DNA of 63,252 nucleotides, filler included, from Circinaria calcarea (lineage: Eukaryota), in the NCBI GenBank assembly GCA_051942165.1. It is 21 parts of 21 records of this genome, joined end to end, with 100 filler letters (N's around TTAATTAATTAA, not from the genome) between each part and the next. Parts side by side here need not be neighbours in the genome. Positions count along the whole stretch, not along the records: positions 57,356 to 60,254 come from JAVECS010003178.1; positions 60,355 to 63,252 come from JAVECS010003179.1; 19 more parts are not named here. One strand, given 5' to 3'. Under the pieces are notes generated by a model. The model made no database searches, was not told the origin of the DNA, and was given only the letters and a program-made list of their open reading frames with translations. Shown here one piece after another: positions 58,600-63,252 of this stretch; the first letter of the stretch is position 1; the number at the start of each line of letters is the position of its first letter. A program made the position numbers and the translations under genes.

Positions 58600-58877
58600 T
58601 GCAAAGAATACTGCCTGTAGCTGAATTTCGGACGGAGCAGTGTATACTAATGGAGTATGGTATGGGCGTTGGTGAAGTCGGAATGGGAGGCTCTTCAGAT
58701 GACCAGGGTCCCTGCCAATGACGAGGGCACCTTCAGCAAAAGCCACCACGGCAACACCCAGTAGTATCATCTACACAGAGTATACTCAAAATACTCAAAC
58801 GCCGAATACCGTCTACGCTATACCCTTGAAAGGAATATATCAACTGCAGTCGCTCCTAAAGTCTTCTGTGCTAGAGT

Positions 58878-60254
58878 ATGCCAGCTCCTCCCCCTCCCCC
58901 ACCTCCGCCGCCCCCATCTGGGAATGCAGTACCTTCGCGACCTCCGCCGGCTGTAGCGAAAGATAGAGTAAGTAACATTCCTCAAGCCAGACTGCTTTCA
59001 AGTCCTATGTCTATGACGTTGACAGGTGTCCCCTTCCGTAATATACCCGCCGATTGACTGATCAATCGAGTAGAGCGGACTACTCACAGATATAACGAAA
59101 GGCACCAAGCTCAAGAAGGCTGTAACCAACGATCGATCAGCACCGATTATCGGGGGAGAGAAAACATCATCATCACCATTACCTCCAATTGGCGGCGCTC
59201 CACCTATTCCAGGGCTGTTGAAACCACCACTGGGTTCGGGAGCGTCTCCACAGAACCGAGCGCGGAGCAATAGCGATCAAGGTGGTGGTGGAGGAGGAGG
59301 AGGATCCACGAATGGTGTATCGGCAGCACCGCAACTGGGAGATATCTTCGCTGGGGGGATTCCAAAATTGAAAAGTCGGGGAGGTGTGAACACAGGCGCG
59401 GAGCGCGACTCTTCATACACTTCTGATCCGGAATCATCTCGAACTTCTGCCCTTAAACCATCGACGGGATCTGCGCCAAAGCCTCCACCAATATCAAGGG
59501 TTAATGCTTTACGGCCTTCACTACCATCCACCGAGTCATCACCACCTCAACCTGCAAACCCATTAGTTGCAAACCTGCGTAAGGCACCCCTAAAACCACC
59601 TCCAAGACCAAATCCAGACAACCAGCTTCGATCCACCCAATCTTCCACAGACGTTTTACCTCCAAGAGCACCTCCACCTCTCCCATCAAGTCTTGGGAAA
59701 CCGCCACCGCCCCCTCCGATTTCATCCAGAAAGCCGTCCTTCAACGCACCTCCGCCGCCGCCCTCAGTTGCACCAACTCCACCTGTAGCCCCCCCTTTAC
59801 CTCCTCTAGCCGCGCCAAGACTACCACCATCAAGGTCTACTCCCCCTCCCCCTCCTACTCCGCCAAGCAATATAAACAACATATCCTCCTTTGCATTGCA
59901 AGCAGCACGCAATGCTTTTCCAAGTGCTCCTTCAACTCCCGCACCTTCGTCACCTGCTGCGCCCCCTCCACCCCCTCCTGGGCCGCCTCCAACTTATCCT
60001 CCAGCATCTATATCATTGCCACCGCCTAGCGCAATTTCAAGACCATCAGCTCCAACCTCAGCACCTACTGTCTCTTCTGGGTCGAGAACGACATCTCACC
60101 AGCCTAGTCGATCAACGTTGGACTCAAGTTTATATACCCTTTCAAATGGATCATCAAACCATAATGCCGTATCAGCAGGACTAGGAACCTCGCTGACCAA
60201 AGCAGGACCGGCAAGGATTGAAGATGATAGATTCAATTTCCAGGCTGAAAGCGA
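58878..60254 (+). CDS. VRP1: Verprolin / WASP-interacting protein, 3' truncated
   Basis: MPAPPPPPPPPPP...KDR|intron|SGLLTDITKGTKLKKAVTNDRSAP (WH2), QLGDIFAGGIPKLK, extensive polyproline, IEDDRFNF. Confidence 0.92.
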
Positions 60255-60354
60255 NNNNNNNNNNNNNNNNNNNNNNNNNNNNNNNNNNNNNNNNNNNNTT
60301 AATTAATTAANNNNNNNNNNNNNNNNNNNNNNNNNNNNNNNNNNNNNNNNNNNN

Positions 60355-60575
60355 TATATATTAATAAATTTTATATTAATATAATTAAAAATTATAAGTA
60401 TTATATAAAAATAAAAATAAATCTCGAATAAATAAAATATTATTTTTTTATTTAAAAATATATTAATTAATATTTCCTTTATAACTTAGATTTCAGTATC
60501 CGTGTAATTTATAATAGATATTTAAAACTTATTCAGAAAGGAACGCTTTTTATAATAAATTCTATATAATAGCTA
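60355..60575. repeat. Extremely AT-rich tract, probably RIP-degraded repeat DNA (similar tracts at ~62120-62300 and ~63130-63252)
   Basis: Almost devoid of C/G, rich in TpA, few CpA/TpG, sharp boundary with ~50% GC DNA. Confidence 0.65.
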
Positions 60576-61101
60576 TTCACCCCGTATAAATTTTGGTTTT
60601 CGACGGCTAGGATTCTCAAGTTTGCCTGTAATAAAGAAGGAAACCACGTCTCCTGCCTTGAGCGGTGACAATCCGTTTCCATCAGCAAGGGTTTCAAGCT
60701 CAACGATAGGCATGTTTATTAATACAGCAGCACGTAACGCTTCCTGTTGAATAGTAACCAACGGGATATCTGTTCTTTACATTGACTAATAAGAAGGATA
60801 GTGCTAAGTGGAGAGTTCAACTGAGTTGGCGAGGTACGTAGTTGTGCCGTGTAGCTGCCTATAGGAAGCTACATCCACGATATGTCTGCCATACCTATGA
60901 TGCGAAACCGTAGGAAGGCCGTTATTGGAGATGAAGATGCATGTGCGGCGGAGTTGTGGGTGCCTCCGCTAAGTGCATGTCAAGCTAGCATGCTTGGCGT
61001 AAATCCCTAGCTTTCCAACGTTTTCCAACTTCTTCCAACGTTATTTGACAAAATCCATCTCATATCCAACTTACTTCTATCCAAACCATTCTATTTTGAC
61101 A

Positions 61102-61713
61102 ATGTCTGAACGAAATGGGCACTCTCGCGAGGTATCCTTAATTACCAAAACTGTTGATAAGCTTATTGATGCTTCCAAAGTGGTGCAACACCGAATGGGT
61201 GTCAAGCCGGCAGAGGAGAGGCGTGTCAGCGAAGCCTTTAGCTTGCTAGCAAGAGGGCCACCTTCAGCCGACTCGAAGGGTGCCAAACAGCGAGTGATCT
61301 ACCTAGATTTCTTGCAAAGAGTGCAAAAAGTTATGGGGTTTTCTAAAGTCGTCTTGTGTGCAGCTTCACTTGGGCCCTCGGCTGTGGCCAATATGAGGGA
61401 CCGCGTCCGAGTAGAATTACCTTTCCTGATGAAGGAGCGAGAGGACGCGTTCGAAAATGGCGTTCTCCAGGGCCTTGCTGATACTTACTCTGCTCAATGT
61501 GAGTTCGGCAGCTTGACATTGCTAAGTAGGAGAGTTGATACAAGACAGTCCCCGTACGTGAAGATCCCAGCAACGGACTGGAGACACTCAGGAGGACGTA
61601 TGTTACGACGAATGGAGGGCAGGGCAGAAGAGCAATGGGTCGTGGCAGTCGCGGAGGACGTCTACCGGGCAGTGGAAGGGGTGGAAGAGGCCATGGAGGA
61701 GGTCCACCCCTAG
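61102..61713 (+). CDS. Hypothetical protein in a repeat-flanked island (possibly spliced near 61499)
   Basis: ATG at ~61102 MSERNGHSREV...YLDFLQRVQKVMGFSKVVLCAASLG; GTGAGT donor-like site at 61499 with a GCTAAG..AG acceptor shortly after, so the true 3' end is uncertain. Confidence 0.55.
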   Translation: MSERNGHSREVSLITKTVDKLIDASKVVQHRMGVKPAEERRVSEAFSLLARGPPSADSKGAKQRVIYLDFLQRVQKVMGFSKVVLCAASLGPSAVANMRDRVRVELPFLMKEREDAFENGVLQGLADTYSAQCEFGSLTLLSRRVDTRQSPYVKIPATDWRHSGGRMLRRMEGRAEEQWVVAVAEDVYRAVEGVEEAMEEVHP

Positions 61714-62610
61714 CTCTTGCAAAAAACAACCAGGATCGGCACATGGTACATCTAGGTTGTCTTTGTCTGTTCGGTACGAGACCGCTAGAAGAGGGGAAAA
61801 GGGCTCTGCTCCGCCGCCAAGTGACGCCGGATTATTCGGCTCTCCAGCGGTCGATTGCTTGCCCGCGCCAGAACAGTCATACGAATTATCCAAAAACCCT
61901 GCTTGTACGGATCTAAGCAGATTTATCGTGAAAGGAGCGGGCTGTTTGGCCAAAGACCCGATTAATTACATACTTATTAGTTATTAATATAATGAAGTGT
62001 TAGAGAAAGACTGTACTGAGAGCTATGCTATAGCAAGTTACGGGGTCCCACTACATATACACCCCTATTACCTAGATGTACACCCCAATTACCATAGTTA
62101 TACACCCCCCGATTAGGCAATAAAATTTAAAAATTAAATAAACGCGTCATATGCGCTTTTTTATAGTATTATAAATATAAATAATATAATTCGTGGGGAT
62201 TTACATAATAATTAAATGAATTTGCTATATAAATTGTATTTAATTCTCCGGCTTTTTAGTCTGTAATGTCAGAGTCTAGAATTACATTCTGAAATTAATA
62301 AATACGTCTCCGTTTACTGCCTGCACAGTCGGTCGACCGATGCCTGCCCGCGCCCTGCATCATCAAAAGCTGCTCCGCCGTGAGATCGTAGTAAAAGAAC
62401 AGATGGACATGCATCTTGTATAGACCGTAAACCGAATTTTCATCAAGCCCATTCCACCAAGTTGAGCTGGCGGCTCAAGAGGATGAGAGAGATGGGTCGC
62501 AGGCACAACATGACGGGGTGGGGGGTCAAGGAGCCATATATGGCTCCCCTTTGCAACATGGAGGCGGTAATGGCTCCCTGTGTCAGGAACTGAAGTTATA
62601 CTGCAGTATT

Positions 62611-62708
62611 AACTAGAATTTAAGTGTGAGGATTTCATCCTCACACGCTGCGAAGGCTAAATACAGTGTGGGTCACGTGGACTCGGCCCGCGAAGCGGGC
62701 CGTTGCTA
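62611..62708. mobile_element. Short double-hairpin element with Helitron-like termini
   Basis: AACTAG at 62611-62616; hairpin GTGTGAGGAT-ttc-ATCCTCACAC 62624-62646; hairpin CGGCCCGC-gaa-GCGGGCCG 62684-62702; then TTGCTA. Confidence 0.4.
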
Positions 62709-63252
62709 TGTCACACCGTGACACTCAGGATAGAAACTCGGAGATTAGAGAAACAGAGAAGCTGGGAAAAGGGTATGACTGATTATCTTTTACGTTTGAT
62801 GTGACCCCCTATCCCGTCATGTTGTAATGCCATAGTCGAGCCATAAGGTCTTGCGGGTTTAGCTAACAAGTGGGCCTACGAATGATAGAACGCATAGAAC
62901 GCGAAGGAAAGCTGCTTTAAAAGACCCCAATCAGAGCAAGGCGTGAGGGTTGTCTGCCCCCAAGAATCGTCCACCCAGCGCCGGAGGGGGTTTGATGCAC
63001 CCCACCACCTACGCGAAGGGAGTAGAGTGGAAGGGCAGGAATAGGCGTAGAAATATTAATAAAAAGCTACTTTCTAGCTACTAACGTTAAGGGAGCCGGT
63101 GGTGAGAAAAGTACGAGGAAGAACGCCGTAAAAACTAATTAATATTAAATATAAATAATATCTAAAAATAATAATAATATTAATTCACGGTATTTAATAT
63201 AATACTCGAATGGATTACGGTATAATAAAATAATTTTTAATAATATAAATAT

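Noticed and set aside
58600..58770. N-terminal extension MILLGVAVVAFAEG of the 488-aa ORF as a signal peptide
   Set aside because: It lies in the short divergent promoter shared with VRP1; the downstream ATG (MFATSQAR) gives a more plausible mitochondrial presequence. Not proven without transcript data.
2938..60354. Regularly spaced TTAATTAATTAA motif that looks like a repeat array
   Set aside because: Always centred in identical N padding; it is a synthetic six-frame-stop linker between size-sorted contigs.

Overview
The window is not one locus. It is 21 unrelated short contigs (2,937 down to 2,898 bp, ordered by non-increasing length) joined by an artificial 100-bp spacer (44 N + TTAATTAATTAA + 44 N), so adjacency across spacers means nothing. 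The content is a filamentous ascomycete (Pezizomycotina-like) genome: short GT..AG introns, a dispersed 5S rRNA gene and RIP-like AT-rich tracts. Recognisable genes, mostly truncated at contig ends: MET8, VPS11, a ZNFX1-like SF1 helicase, SRP receptor alpha, YIF1, an STE6-like ABC exporter, an HCS1/IGHMBP2 helicase, FAM32A/DUF1754, a PHD-finger protein, the ER-KR-ACP end of a highly reducing PKS, a Ser/Thr kinase, a TPR-DnaJ co-chaperone, a carboxylesterase, a HAK/KUP K+ transporter, a HeLo-like N-terminal-domain protein, a GH18 chitinase, a BRCT protein and verprolin. There is also an intron-containing tRNA-Leu(UAA). The most notable accessory material: (i) an AT-rich contig with two distinct decayed mitochondrial-plasmid DNA polymerase B genes read with TGA=Trp; (ii) three copies of a 151-172 bp solo-LTR family, each with its own 5-bp target duplication; (iii) a hAT-like MITE, TA-flanked inverted-repeat elements and a ~100-bp double-hairpin Helitron-like element; (iv) an intronless 766-aa ORF I cannot assign. 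No complete novel multi-gene system can be shown because the contigs are too short. All protein calls rest on motif recognition, not database searches.
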